NCBI GenBank assembly: GCA_951406725.2
Contig: OX597815.1
Span: forward strand, 80,104,001-80,168,000
Length of the DNA: 64,000 nucleotides
DNA from: Octopus vulgaris
Lineage: Eukaryota
Direction of reading: 5' to 3'
Positions 40,026 to 54,884 of the stretch are shown here, in pieces; position 1 is the first letter of the stretch, and each line of letters opens with the position of its first letter. The translations under genes and the position numbers were made by a program. The notes beneath the pieces are model-generated. The model did not search any database. It had not been told where the DNA came from and was given only the letters and a program-made list of their open reading frames with translations.

Positions 40026-42873
40026 CAAGTTCCAAACTATATTTAGAAATCTCTTAACCTGTTTAGGTGGTACAAGAACCATAGGATTTATGTATTATGT
40101 ACTGCAGCAAGAAGTCAGCGAGGAAGGACTGCAAAAATACGATAACCTGAGACTACTGGATTAGTGTAACAGGCAGTAGTGATTTGTTCCTAACCTAGTG
40201 AATCACTGTACGGTTTGATAGATTAGATTTATATTGAGAGTACTGTCACAACGTATAGTCAGTAACAACGAGTAGTCAAATACTGTGGTCATCAGCTTTC
40301 TCTTCGACACTATATTTCGTGTTAGAGTAGATTTCTAGATGTGCCGATATTAGCTGTTGCTCGCTCTTGCATTCATGATATTGAAAACACTGTTATTTGG
40401 AAAGTTGGTCAACTGTGTAGCGTTTTCCTTACTCGTTAATGATCGTTATTTTCTTTTAAAATAGGTATACGTGTTCATCTAGCTAAATTTTGTTGACCGA
40501 AATTTCCAAGAAATGTCGAAACGCTGTTACCGGCCGACTGTAGTCGCTAGACAATTATTAGTAAGCCAATATTTAGGATGTATTGAAGAACCTAGAGTTA
40601 TTATTTTATATATTCAATTTTAGTGACACATAGCTGTTTAAAATTTACAATAGCCATCTCTTTCTGTCAATAACCAATTATTGTAGAAGAAGTACAAGTT
40701 GAAATTATAATTGTGTATAGAAATTTCTCGCGTGCCTAGTCAAAATATATAATTATTGTGCTAACAGCTATGCTCTACATCAATTATTTTATTTTCTGAG
40801 AATCTTATTTTATCGGTAATTACAAAGTTCCGAGATCAATCACGGTACACTGCCGAGCGATTTGTATATCAATGTTTTACTTGAGAATTAGGAGATTATA
40901 AAAAACAAACGTTAAAAAATTTTAACATACTATGGCAGAGTTCAGACTTCCTATAATTTGATCAAAATGTATTTTCCCAAGAAAAGAACAGAGGTTCACA
41001 ATGTTGGCGGTAAAAGGGGACGCAGAGCCTGTCGGAAGAGGCGTTAGGCTTTAGAGTGAGGGGGCGATGCAGTAACATAGTCAACATACTAAATGTTGCC
41101 TATAGTTGTAATTATATTATACAAAGGATTTAGTGTGGTATCTCTAAATTTCTGATTAAGCAACGCAATAAATTTGCAATAAGTCAATAAGTCACTTACG
41201 ACTTCTTTTAACTAACATTGAACCGGATATAGAAAATTTAGCTAAATGTCATCAGGTACAAGGAAGTCATTAACTTGCAATGTATAAAGTAAATTCACAA
41301 CTTTTGTCTTCATCAATATTTTATCATTTCACAGCTAAATGCTTATAAAATCCATTTTGACGAGTAAAATTTATAAATTACCGTCTGTGCCAAGTTAGTT
41401 TAGTCGTTATATCTCATTCGCCACTTAGGTGCGCGCTAGGCATAAGAACTATTTAAAAAGAGGTGCCACAAAAAATAATTAAATAAGAACACAGGTTAAA
41501 AACCATTGGTTTAGAAGATGAAATAAACAAGATTCTACAACGTGTTGTTGAGTGCTCCCCTCATCTCAGACAGAATCTGGCAAGGAAACCTCATGGGCTT
41601 TAAAATAATTTCAAAAGGAATTTATTAATGAGAACGGAGAGAGAGGCTTACGTGATCTGTGGCACTAAGCAATAGACATGGATTCATTTCAGTTGCTATG
41701 GAATAGTCTAATGCAGAACATCATACATTTGTGATCAAGAAAGTTTCTTTCTAGAGGTGGCTCGGCTGCTCAACGTACCAAAATTCTAAATTGTATTGTA
41801 ATGTAGAAACGTCATAGAAAAGCGCCTCATCAGAATAAAATATTCTTATAGGATCAAATCTTTCCGATGCTCAGTTCAGTATCAAAAAATAAATATTATC
41901 AAGAAGTGTGAAAACAGTTGAAGAAATGTGGAAACTCCATGTTAATAATCGCAGTTTTAGACCGATGTATCTTTGATGTAAGATGTAAGATGCGAAAACG
42001 CGACACAAGTAAACAACTGAATTCTGTCAAAAATAATCAACGCATTAGTTATTACATCCTCAAGTCTTACAATAATTAATCATATATTCCGCTGAATTCA
42101 TTTAAGTATTATTACCTTGATATGTATATTTGCATTTAGGCTTTAATCTCACAAATGAGGTTAAATAAACATCGGAGATGGTTTGCCCTACGCAGAAATC
42201 GCAAGAACTTCTCTTCTCAAACCATTCTAATGTCGAAATCATTTCCGTATCAACAGTAGGTACCTCAAGTTCACACGCATTTCATCTCTTCTTAGACTGC
42301 ATGCTTCGCCGAAGTGACCAGTGAGTACTGAAATAGCTTTTACTTGTCAACCACAAAGGATATCATGATCTCTGTCAGGCATAATGTTTTAAACCACATA
42401 GCTTGGTACACATTATTTAAGGGTTCGTATAAAGCAAGAGCAATCATCAAACTTCCGATGTACACACCCGACTTGAATTATTAAACAATTTTATGGTTCC
42501 TTGTTGCAGTGACATGGGTGGGAGAACTGAAACAGAAAAAAAAGCCGCCCCACAAAAAATAAAACATCATATAATAGAATTAACATGAATGCACATTTTT
42601 TTTTATTCAGGGCTTCTTACCCTCATTAATGTAAAGAATTTCCAGAATGTAATTTCATCTTAGATAGCTTTCACCGGTACACAATATTCATTCGAAATGA
42701 CAAAAATAATTCTGACATAACGACATGAATGACGAAAAAGAGCAAGGCTATAGAGATGGAAATATAATTAGAATACACACTCTAATGCATGTATGTATGT
42801 ATGTATGTATGTATGTATGTATGTATGTATGTATGTATGTATGTATGTATGTATGTATGTTTGCATGTATGTA

Positions 42874-42917
<44 letters not shown>

Positions 42918-43306
42918 TGTATGTATGTATGTATGTATGTATGTATGTATGTATGTATGTATGTATGTATGTATGTATATATGTATGTAAACATGCATGT
43001 ATGTATGTATTATGTATGTTTATACGTACCGAGAGGGAGAAATTTAGCGAGAGAAATGGGGCTATTGAAAGAGAGTAGCAATTGATATTTCCCAATAACA
43101 TGAACTTGAATACGGTACAGTATATGTTACATAAAAGTTCGTCTCTTCCAATTCAAAGTCAGCTCTTACCTTTCAAATGTCTGCCATTCTCGTTTCGCTT
43201 GCGCTTTTCAGATTAAATGAATCGATTGCATTTCCTACATTTATTTTTATCGTTGTCATTAATGCACACACGCACGCACGCACGCACGCGCACACACACA
43301 CACACA

Positions 43307-43370
<64 letters not shown>

Positions 43371-44676
43371 AGGTAAAGAAATGAAAGAAATACTATCATT
43401 AAATTAAGATGTCAAAAATGAATTTGCGAGGAGACCACACAATCACAGTAGCTTAACAGATCGTTCATGTCCTTTTTTTAAAATTTACTTCTTTTTTATT
43501 TGTTTGTTTCATTTGCTTCATTTGTTTGTTTGTAAAATTTTCCCATTATATTGTGAAGAGCACAAGCTGAATATCTGCAGTGGGGTTATTCGGAGCACTT
43601 AGCCATAGCAGTTTCAAAAGGCATTTTTTTTTTTCCACTGCTCATAAAATATGTGCTGGGCTTTTTCCTCTCTATACATGATAAATGAATCGCCGATGAT
43701 GAATGGAGACTAGTTTCACCGCAAGAATAAATTGAATTTAGTTTCATATCGTTTTGAAATGTTGAATATAATTTGGATGTTCCATTCATCATAGTCATAA
43801 AAATTACATCATAAAATTTATATCCCTCACAAAAATATCGTAAAAACATCACAAAGTTCATTATCGTTATGAAAGCACTAAAACATGTCATAAAACACAC
43901 AAGTATACCTACAGACAAATAAACACACATAGAAAAAAAAACACATAAAACTTACGTCAATTTTTTTTTTATTTACATTTTTACATCAGTGTGAAATTTC
44001 TTCCACATTTTATATAACGAGCATGTAACTGTTCAACGTTGACAGTTAATCCATTCCACTTTGATACACTATCACCTTTTGTGTTGTTGCTTTCAGCTTT
44101 TCATATCTTTTCAGATTTCAACTAAAGAGGATTCTGCAAATTCCGGAAATTTATAAAAAAAAAATATAATGATCATAATGGTTATTATTATTATTATTAT
44201 TGTAATGTTGTAAAAGTTATATTTCGCAAATTATATCACCTGCAAATGTTTCATAGTCATATTGTATTCATCAATTGTTATACGGTGTTTGATTTGGCTG
44301 TGTTAATCCTGTTTGGGCTTTCAATCGCAATAATGTGAGTTCCAAAACCATAACTGATGCAGCAATGTGTCTTCTCTGAAATCGTACTGGTTTACCGAGC
44401 GTAGATAAGATTACTCCAATTTTAAACACATGCACCCATACATATATGCACAATTATAGACACTCTACATATATATACTATGAGAGTACTTAGATAGAAT
44501 TTTATATATGTATATGTATATATGTTGATATATAATACATGCATTCATACATACATACATACATACATACAAACATACATACACACACATATGTACATGT
44601 ATACATACATATATATATATATATATTACAAAATGTAACTACATGTGGGTCTTCGCATCGAAGACCGGTGATTGTC

Positions 44677-44719
44677 GTGCGCTGACGACGGGTAAATACC
44701 CAGAAACCCGGGTCCGTGC
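44677..44719 (+). ncRNA. Compact type I hammerhead ribozyme
   Basis: gtgcg-CTGACGA-cgggt-aaat-accca-GAAA-cccggg-TC-cgtgc, with a canonical GUC triplet and palindromic stem III. Confidence 0.8.
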
Positions 44720-44882
44720 GTATCACGTTAGGTCGACGATGGGAAGGATGGCTTCCCTTCGCAAATACTGATAGGGAACAGAAAGTGTTTCAATGGCCAG
44801 CTAGTGAAGATGTTCTCCTCGGGCTACAAGCTACAGTAGCATCCACCCTTAGTGGTTAGCCATATTTGAGTGGCAAATATGC

Positions 44883-44917
<35 letters not shown>

Positions 44918-44918
<1 letters not shown>

Positions 44919-45075
44919 ACGGGTTTCTTTCAGTTTCTGTCTACCAAGTACTCTCACAAGGCTTGGTTGGCCCGAGGCTATAGTAGAAAACACTTGCCCA
45001 AGGTGCAGCGCAGTGGGGCTGAATCCGAAACCATGTGGTTGGGAAGCAAGCTTTTTAGCACACAGTCATTCCTGT
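44918..45075 (-). mobile_element. CORE-like SINE 5' half
   Basis: Family head and core. Confidence 0.85.
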
Positions 45076-45289
45076 ACCTATATGTATGTATATATATATA
45101 CATACATACACACGCACATATAGAACCAAAGTTTATGTCCAGCTTAACGTGGACGTTTTATTCAGTTGGATATAAAAATACAAAGATATACCTTTGATGT
45201 TAATACTGCTTCCGTCACAAACGATAATTTTTTTAAATGAGAACATCTGAAATAAACTCGACTGCTCTCACAAAAGAGAATACTAAAAA

Positions 45290-45520
45290 TGAACCCGACC
45301 GCTCTCGAAAATTAAGTAAAAAAAAAAAGAAAAATAATCCAGAATCCTTGTTCCGTACAGGATCGATCCCCAAATCTAATCAGTTCGTTCCAGGCACAAC
45401 CCCAAACTTCCCTGAATGTTTCATCCGAATCCATCCGGCGGTTCTTGAGATAATTTGTCCACGGACAAACAAACACGACTGAAACAATAACTCCGCTTTA
45501 GAGAAGGCGCAGGTAATAAC
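45290..45520 (-). mobile_element. HINE-like element, 5' part (same family as 13942-14295)
   Basis: Reverse complement TTATTACCTGCGCC...GGAGTTATTGTTTCAGTCGTGTTTG...GGATTCGGATGAAAC.TTCAGGGA...GAACTGATTAGATTT. Confidence 0.75.
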
Positions 45521-45841
45521 CCTGCTGGCTATTTGCGGCATCAGTGACTGAAAAGATTTTGTTATTCTAAATATCGTTGGCAGCGAGATTTGGCTGGCAC
45601 GCGGTCGCCGGAACCTGTCACTAACGAACTGCAATAGGCTAGAACAACAACCTGGTAGTTTCATCATTCATGCCACAGAATTATCGTCTGCCTTTATACA
45701 CCATGCATCCATATGAAAGGACCCCTTAAGGCGAATATTGCAGTATTCGCTATTCTAACGAAACATACACGTTAAGTTGGATACAATAGTTGTCTACAGG
45801 GATTAATATTGCTTCCGTACCTAATAATTATATATATATAT

Positions 45842-46582
<741 letters not shown>

Positions 46583-46707
46583 TATAATACCTGTACATCA
46601 TCTCCAAACATTCTAATATATATATATAAACCAGCTTAGAGAAGAAGAAGAAGAAACGAAACCAAACGAATCGAATCGAATCGACGCGAAGGCGCTCAGT
46701 CATACAA

Positions 46708-47385
46708 TAGTGTAATAAATAAAATATATGCATACATACAAACATATATGTACGTACCTACATCTACATGTATATATACATGCATATATAAATATATATA
46801 CGTGTGTACAGGACGCCACAAATAGACGTAGAACTCAACGAGAAACGAAAACGTAAAAACAGCATGGAAGCCTTGTTCAAGTAAACATGTTTCTTCCTGC
46901 GTCTAGGCTTATAGGCCCTCTTTATTTGTTTTCCTGTCCTGTTTCTATTCCTTCTTGTACTGTATTTTTTGTAATTGTATTTTATTTTGTATTTGTTTTT
47001 AATTGTATTGTTTTTACGTCCTGTTTTTGTTACATTTTTTTTCCTTGTTTTTACCCCTCTGCAAAGGAATTTTATTTAATTCTTTCGCAGGAAGGACTAG
47101 TTCGAGAAGACGTGTTCTGTCCTCACCTTCGAAACACGCTGGACTTGAACTAGGGACAGCTGATGAAGGGGATTTTTCCTTGTGTAGTTGTCTTGTACTC
47201 TGTTTTTTCGTTGTTAAAAAATGGTCCGTTCCAAGCTGTTTTTACGTTTTCGTTTCTCGTTGAGTTCTACGTCTATTTGTGGTGTCCTGTACACACGTAT
47301 ATATATTTATATATGCATGTATATATACATGTAGATGTAGGTACGTACATATATGTTTGTATGTATACATATATTTTATTTATTA

Positions 47386-47390
<5 letters not shown>
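46708..47390. mobile_element. Inverted-repeat element (~160-bp arms)
   Basis: 46708-46869 is near-perfectly inverted at 47230-47390; the element ends in (TA)n. Confidence 0.88.
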
Positions 47391-47447
<57 letters not shown>

Positions 47448-47612
47448 ATATATGTTTGTGTGTCTGTGTTTGTACCTCAACCTTCGCTTCACCTTCGTTA
47501 CCCAAAATTCTTGTCTTTTTGGCCTAAAGGCTGTATTTCTCCCGTTTTTGTCAATCGTCTTAAAATTACATTTATTTATATTCTTATGTCCACTCTGTAT
47601 CGTTTTTCGCCT

Positions 47613-47849
47613 TATTTATTCACCATTACATGTGTTTCATTTGCTAATATGAGTTATAAAATTGTACTCGCAGCAAAAACATGTAAGATATCTTATATTA
47701 GAAATTCTTCAGACAGAGAGTCAAATAATATCTTATCTTATTCCCTTATTAGATAAAATTCTAATGGGAGATATCTTATATGTTTTTGCCACGAGTACAA
47801 TTTTGTAACTCCTACAAGCAAATGAAACACGTATAGTGGTGAATAAATA
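47613..47849. repeat. Diverged inverted repeat (~95-bp arms)
   Basis: TATTTATTCACCA...TGTTTCATTTGCT...AAAATTGTACTCG..GCAAAAACAT.TAAGATATCT and its reverse complement. Confidence 0.75.
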
Positions 47850-48112
47850 GCACCAAAATTTTTTCCAATCTCCTGTTCTCCCCCCCACACATACACACAT
47901 ACACATTTATAACCCCCATACACTCTTACACATATATAAACACATTATATATGTATAAACACATATCTATATTGAATATATAATTACATATATGTATATA
48001 TATATGCACAATGTACATTAAATGATAAAAATCTATCTAACCACGTATCTTAAAGGTAAGAGACTGTTAGTAGTTCTTATTTATATAAGGTTTCCATTAA
48101 ATGATATGCGTA

Positions 48113-48183
<71 letters not shown>

Positions 48184-49372
48184 TTATCTATCTATCTATC
48201 TGTCTGTCTATATATATATATGTGTGTGTATGTATGCACATACACACAAACACACACACACACACATTATTGCGTCTGGGGAGAGCCATTCAGCCTTATT
48301 AATTGACACACTCACCGGTTCTATTTCCACTTATTTACTTATCTGTTTTTTCTAAAATTTTCGTTGCATGATTTCTGTAGACCTACACACTAGCGCTTGT
48401 ACACATTTCCTTAACAAGCAAATTGAACGCTATTTATAATGGGAATATAGTAACCTAGTATTTCAAGTTTAACCTTATCCAATTTTACTCCTGCTATTTT
48501 TTGTTTAGTAATTTGGTAAATACTAATCAATTTTCACTACTAATTACGTTCATTTGTCGATTATGAAGATCTCTTATTCGATTCAGATGGCATTTTTCTT
48601 CTAGTTAGAACAAAATTGATTTTTGCTGGATTCTTCAATGATATTTAAGGTTTTTGTTCATACAAGACTTTTCTATATCACTGTGGAAGTTTTATACATG
48701 TTTTGGATAAAAAACCAAATGCAACATTTATTCTTCTCCATACTTAGAATTACATTGTCTGATTTTATATTGGTTCAATCTATCGAATTTTTGTGATGGC
48801 TTGGTAAATTCGATTGAGCCTATCCCGTTGTAATAATCTATTTATTCGCTCCAGAAAGATGAAATGCAAAATCATGCCCAGCGGATCTTGGAATTCAAGA
48901 CTTAAATAAACCTAATTAAACACCGCAAGGCACACTGCCCATCGTCCTACAATTTATTCCATTTCATCACCTTTATATTTACGATTTTATTAAAAACTGG
49001 TTTTAAAATATTGACTAGCTTTAACTATGACGTGTACCCTACGTTTAGCAACGGACAAAGATGATAATCAGAAGAAGAATCACATGAAATAGTATAGGTC
49101 ATACATAAATATACATTTTTCATAACACGCATGTGGAAATAAACTCAAATATAGAGTCATTCGAAAATATTGTTTATGAAAAAGCTTTCTAATCAACACC
49201 TTCGTGTTATTTGTAAACATATTGTTAAACGTATCCTTTTAAAGTCATAAAGAAACTTACATTCGAGGATCATCTCTTTTTAAACATCATAATTCATTGC
49301 AGAATTGCTGATGGTGTATATTTCAGTTGATGCTTCTGCAAATCGTATTTAAGGGTTCTTCATGTGGGTGCA

Positions 49373-49410
<38 letters not shown>

Positions 49411-49989
49411 TGTCGTGTGAGTATATATATATATATATATACTTACACAGGTGCATAGACACACACACAAACATACACACACACACACACAAATACACAG
49501 GCACACAACAACAACTTAAAACCAATCTGTGTACGAGTGTCTTTTGGTCTTCATTGCCTACTGGAGTCCTACAGTGTGTCGTAGGCCTTTTAACATAGCG
49601 GAACCTCTCCCACTTCAGATCTGAACATAGCCAATTTCGTTCAAAGAATGCAGAAAAAAAACGGATATAGGAGTAAGGGAGGAAGAAGAAGAAGAAGAAG
49701 AAGAAGAAGAAGAAGAAGAAGAAGAAGAAGAAGAAGAAGAAGAGAGTAGGAAAAGAAGAGAAAGAATAAGAAAAATGCGGGAGTGGTATGACTGTGGTAG
49801 GATGTTGGTGGAATCCTTTCAAATGATCAAGTGACATAAAAGTGACCCGTTGTGGTTGTAATATTAGTGATTGGAATGGTTCTGATAAATAAATTCATGA
49901 GTAGTGACTGTTCTGAATAAATCGTTTTTAATATTGGATATTATTCTAAGGCCCTTGTAGTAGTATCATTTGTGGTGATGCATTCAAAA

Positions 49990-50680
49990 GGGGTTTTGTG
50001 ATGAAATATGAGTCTTTGCTAATGCGCTGATTATAGGCTTGCATCGTCTCTTAATTTATAGAGTGGAAAAATTCTGAATCTGGGTTCTTTCGTTCGTGGC
50101 GCAAATGTCGAGGTGTTTGCTGAATGCACTTTTTCTGTACATCGGAATTTTGATATGGGATCTATATAGAGTCATCCTTTGACGTAAACCGTTTTTGGTT
50201 TGGTTATGTATTGCTCTCGATACCCTGAGCAAGTTAAAACATATATTAGGATTTCTGAAGCACATGTGAAGTTGTTTTTTCACTGTAAAAAGTTGGTCCT
50301 ATTTGAAAGAGAACTCCGATCCCTCAATTAGGCTGACGCATATACCACAGTTAGGACTTCTGCATTTTTTTACTGACGGTTTAAGTGTTGTTGTCGAGAG
50401 TACTTGGGCTTCTGTTAGGAGACTTTACATATATTTGGATTGTCGTTTGCTATTCATGATGGAGGATTAAGTTCATTCTGTGGTCCCTGTTTAGTAAGGG
50501 AATGTTCTAGAGGATGTTGTCGAAGGCTTCATTGTTAAGAGGGTTGTGCGTGGAGTTGTATGGTAGGGCTTTTGGTTGTAAATCCTTCTTTAGTTTGGTA
50601 TATCTGCGTTCGTGGATGTTGAGTTGTGGGGCACGTTGATAGCCTATATCAATTAGTGATGGTGGGTATCCTTTTAGGAC
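49990..50680 (-). pseudogene. Neptune-type PLE 3' fragment (RT thumb, Cys-rich linker, GIY-YIG), frameshifted
   Basis: KGYPPSLID, LPYNSTHNP, KRQ, KKCRSPNCGIC, FTCASEILIYVLTC...QYI..T...LRQRMTLYRSHIK...FSKHLDIC. Confidence 0.8.
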
Positions 50681-50900
50681 TACTACTACCTGGTGCCTTC
50701 TACAAAGCCTTCACAAGAGTCAAAAAGGAGACAGACAGAAAAAAGGAAAATGTTCATTGTATTTAAAACAATGGAAATATTTAAAAAAAGCATTTCATTT
50801 AATTTTTCTACAACTTAATTGTTTTTCAGGCTTTACTATAAGTTAAAAAGTCGCAAAGACTGAAACCGATACATTTTCTACCTTGTCTTATTTCCCTTAT
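50671..50900 (+). repeat. Dispersed repeat, second copy at about 60276-60560
   Basis: TTTTAGGACTACTACTACCTG...AGCATTTCATTTAATTTT...CAACTTAATTGTTTTTCA...GCAAAGACTGAAACCG.TAC shared. Confidence 0.75.
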
Positions 50901-50930
50901 ACCCGTCAATTCGTGTGTTCCTTTTAAACC

Positions 50931-50965
<35 letters not shown>

Positions 50966-51007
50966 ACACGCATACATAAATATGTGTGTATATATATGTA
51001 CATACAT

Positions 51008-51071
<64 letters not shown>

Positions 51072-51118
51072 TACGTGTCTGTGTGTGGTGTGTGATTGTA
51101 TCCGCGTGTGTGTATGTA

Positions 51119-52349
51119 CACGGCGCGAAAGATTTTTTTTAGAATATACCATTTTTGGGTATTTCCTGTATAATCTTTATTTCAAAAACTAATAATGACA
51201 GACCCTCAGCTTACTCATGAAATGAAGAGGCATGTTGTTATTGTGATTATAAAGGCTAAGCATAGCGATTTAGAAATATCTCGATTATTAAAAGTTGGCA
51301 GATTTTTCGTCTACAAAGTTTGTAAGGAGTAAGAGACTGAGGATGGAAACATATCACCTGTTTCAAAGCACAAAAAGCATTCTAAATGCTCTGAAATCAT
51401 TAGAACACTTGCATTTATCCAGCAAGTTCAACAGACCATTGATTTCAATCTCAAAAAGTCCATGTGGTCAATTGCAAAAAATCTCCATGTGTTAGAAGGA
51501 ACAGTCAGAAATGTTGTCCACAAAGACATCAGATATAAGTCTTACATGATGAGGAAAGGTCAATTTGTCAGAAAAAGCAAAAGATAATCACTACAACAGA
51601 TCTAAAAGTTTCTTGAACAAACTGAAAAATCCAGCAGAGGAACATATGATTTGGTTTTTCTCAAACGAGAAAAGCTTCGACCAAAATCAAAATGTTAACA
51701 GAAGAAATGGCAGATGGTTATGTGCAGACCCTTCTGAAGTTCCAAGTGTTATGCATACAAAATTTCCTGCAACTATCATGGTTTTAGGGATTGTCAGCAA
51801 TGTAGGATATGTGATGCCTCCTTCTTTCCACAAAGCCTTAGAATTAACTTTGTCTCCTACACTGAGGTCCTAGAAATAACTGTTAAGCACTGGATAGACA
51901 CTATATGGAATAGAACGCCATATGTGTATCAGTAAGACTCTGCACTATCGCACATGTCACTAGTAACTCAGGAATGGATGGCTGAAGACTTTTATGATCA
52001 CATAACCTCTAACATTTGGCCTCCTAATTCCTCAGATCTCAATCCTTTGGACTATTGTAGAGCGTTTTTGAGAGGCAGGTCAATAAACACGCCCATAACA
52101 TAAAGATTCTTTGAAAGCTGTCACAGTCAGAGTAATGTCCAAAATGAACCAGGACCAATTGATTCGAACATGTAGATAATTTAGATCTCATATAGAAGCA
52201 CTTGTTGAAGCAGAATGTTTCTCTATTGAATAACATTACAGAGAAGATTTATTTTTATCCTCATAGCATTTTTGATAAAAAAAAGTTATCTGTTATATAT
52301 GTGTTTTCTTATAAACATAAATCTATCCTCAAATATCTTACGCACCCTG
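51119..52349 (+). mobile_element. Degraded DD37D (maT-like) Tc1/mariner-superfamily transposon
   Basis: FFSNEKSF, HTKFPATIMVLG, YVYQ*DSALSH...WPPNSSDLNPLDY, with 37 residues between the last two Asp. Imperfect TIRs TA-CACGGCGCGAAAGAT / ATCTTACGCACCCTG-TA. Confidence 0.85.
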
Positions 52350-53126
52350 TATATTACGTATCTCTCTCCTCCTCTCCCTTTGTATATATATCAAGCTGTC
52401 AGTACATTATCTTGTGTATAAATATATTTATAAACCTAATGCATTTTGTCATTATACCGTGTGTCATGATTATTTGATTTGCCCTAAAGCTAGTTCTGAA
52501 CTGCAATGAGAAAATGTGGGAGAAAAAAAATACCCGATAGATAAATTTGATATGTCACTGATATTTTCACTTTATATTTTATCCCACATTATGTGATTTA
52601 CATGTAACATTATGTAGACAGGTACACACAGTATCTGTGTTAATTCATAACTGAAAACATACATAACTGGCAAAGTTTCTTCATCAGAAAAAACAGAAAA
52701 ATATTTTCCTCTTAAGTGGAAACAACATTTCTTCACTTGTTAGGATATTTCATATTTAGTCATGTGTTTAGGGAATAGTATTTAGGTGTAAATGTTTAGT
52801 ATAGACTCTCTTTTTGGCACTGGATATAAGAGCAGAAACCTTTTCTTCTTAATACAATCAAAAATGCACAATAAGCTCTCCTTTATCCGCTACTCAATTA
52901 ATTGAAACACTCAAGCAACTAGGACTTATTTTAAATGTTATGTACACCAAGTTTATATGTGTAATTTGTGTTAATTAATTATCTTTTATTAAAAGGAAAA
53001 CAATTTCAAACGTATGTAAAAGAGATACTTGCGTTCCAAAATTCAATACAATATTTTGTTTTACATTTACTCTACGTGTATTTTATTGGGTTACTAAAAC
53101 TTATTTACTAAAATTATATTTCAATA

Positions 53127-53183
<57 letters not shown>

Positions 53184-53188
53184 TATAT

Positions 53189-53592
53189 AGCGTCCCCAAA
53201 GTCCATCCCTCCTCACCGTGGTGGGGACGCTGCCAACGGGTAGTGTCAGAGCTATGTTGTCGGGAACTTCGGTTCCTGGTATGGCCACCCAAGGTGGATT
53301 GGTCTGACACCGAGTGGTATTAGGGCCACAACCCGGCAGATGGGGCTCTGTTGAAAATCCTCGGAGTCTCTGTTTCGGCATCCGGCGGCTCCTCGTCGTT
53401 CTGACCCTGCGTCTGCGGACAATCTGCGGCAAACAGGATGTATCTACATGCGGGATTGTTGGGGACCGCTTATGAAATGCATATTCACACGAAACTTCTT
53501 ACATTACCATGGTTCGAGATGCCTCGAGGGTGGTAGAAGAAACCGACTCAACCCGCCCAGGGTGAATGTCCCCACAAGTACAAGTAAGTAAG

Positions 53593-53594
<2 letters not shown>
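53189..53594 (+). mobile_element. GC-rich, highly structured ~400-bp retroposon inserted in (TA)n
   Basis: Multiple stems, a CAAGTA-CAAGTA-AGTA-AGTA tail, and (TA)n on both sides. Confidence 0.65.
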
Positions 53595-53625
<31 letters not shown>

Positions 53626-54884
53626 TGAGTTTTGAAGGTGCTATGGTATTTGAAAGCATATTGAAAAGATATCCGGAAAATTCAATTATCTGGCAATCCT
53701 CCCACCCCAGTGGTGCCAGATAGGAGTGAGTTTACAGTATAATCTCCAAGATTTCACTCCTATTCTTGTGTTGTGGCTTTTGAATTAGAGGCTTGCTAAC
53801 TCTACTAGCAGTTCTTGGGTATCTTGATATGCGATACCCAACAATTTGGGTTTTCTTTTAAAAGGAAATATTTTCTGTTTGTCCTATTAAAAACAACCTT
53901 ATAATTGTTTATCTTTCAGTTGTGAATAATCACGCGTTTTCAGTAATTCTTGTACGTATTTTCAGGTGTGTGTTTTATGAAATATTTAACCTATGAAAGG
54001 GTGATATTACTGCGATATCTCAGATTTATAGCTGAACATGTTTTTACTGACGAGTACTACACCCGCATACACACACTCCCTCTTTCTACTCTCTTTCTCT
54101 CATATGTATATAATTCATATATACATTACACACACACACACACAAACATACACATATATATATATATTGACGGAAATCTGAAAAACCAGAAACCTGTTGC
54201 TGGCAATCATGTAATCCAATGCATCCCGTGTATTGTCGGACAGTCGGTGACTAAAGCAGCAACCATGCCAAAACCTTCTTAGTGAGGAAGTCAATAATTA
54301 GAAACACTGCGGGATAGAAGAAAGCCTGTCACGAGGTGAATGAACTCAGGAAAATTAACAACCATCCAGCAGGGTGTATATGAGGATGTCTACGTACATG
54401 CATGTTTATATGAGTATATAAATGCATGTGAAAGACAGATAGCCTTAATTGAAAGCTGTGATGTTTGTAGTCTCTGTATTTTTATGGGTGTTTGCGTGTG
54501 TATGTATGTGTGTGTCAATGAGTGTGAGTGTATCTCTGCGTGTGCGCGCGCGTGGGTGCTGGCACTTGTTGCTCATTTAACAGCTCCAAATATTTCGAAA
54601 GTGGCACTTGCATCGCACAAACATTTCCCATTACCAAATTTTATGCATTGATAATATATCATGCTCCTTTTCCTTTATTTGTTTTCATATTTTGCTTTAA
54701 TTTTTGTTTGTTCCGTTTTGTTTTTTCGCAAGCCTGAATCGCGACTCAAACCCCTTAGTACCTTACAACCACAAACGGACGGTGAAGGTATTGGTTGCAG
54801 TGATTGGGCATCACGCTCGTCATCATTATGTGTGAGTGTGTGTATATATAAGCATATACATATGTGTGTGTATGTATATATATA

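Noticed and set aside
39290-41510. Possible piggyBac/hAT remnants
   Set aside because: Only vague similarity; no catalytic motifs or convincing TIR pair could be read.
47125-47185. CCTTC-GAAA...CTGATGA-AGGGG as a permuted (type II) hammerhead
   Set aside because: I could not form stem III plus a cleavage triplet or stem I convincingly.
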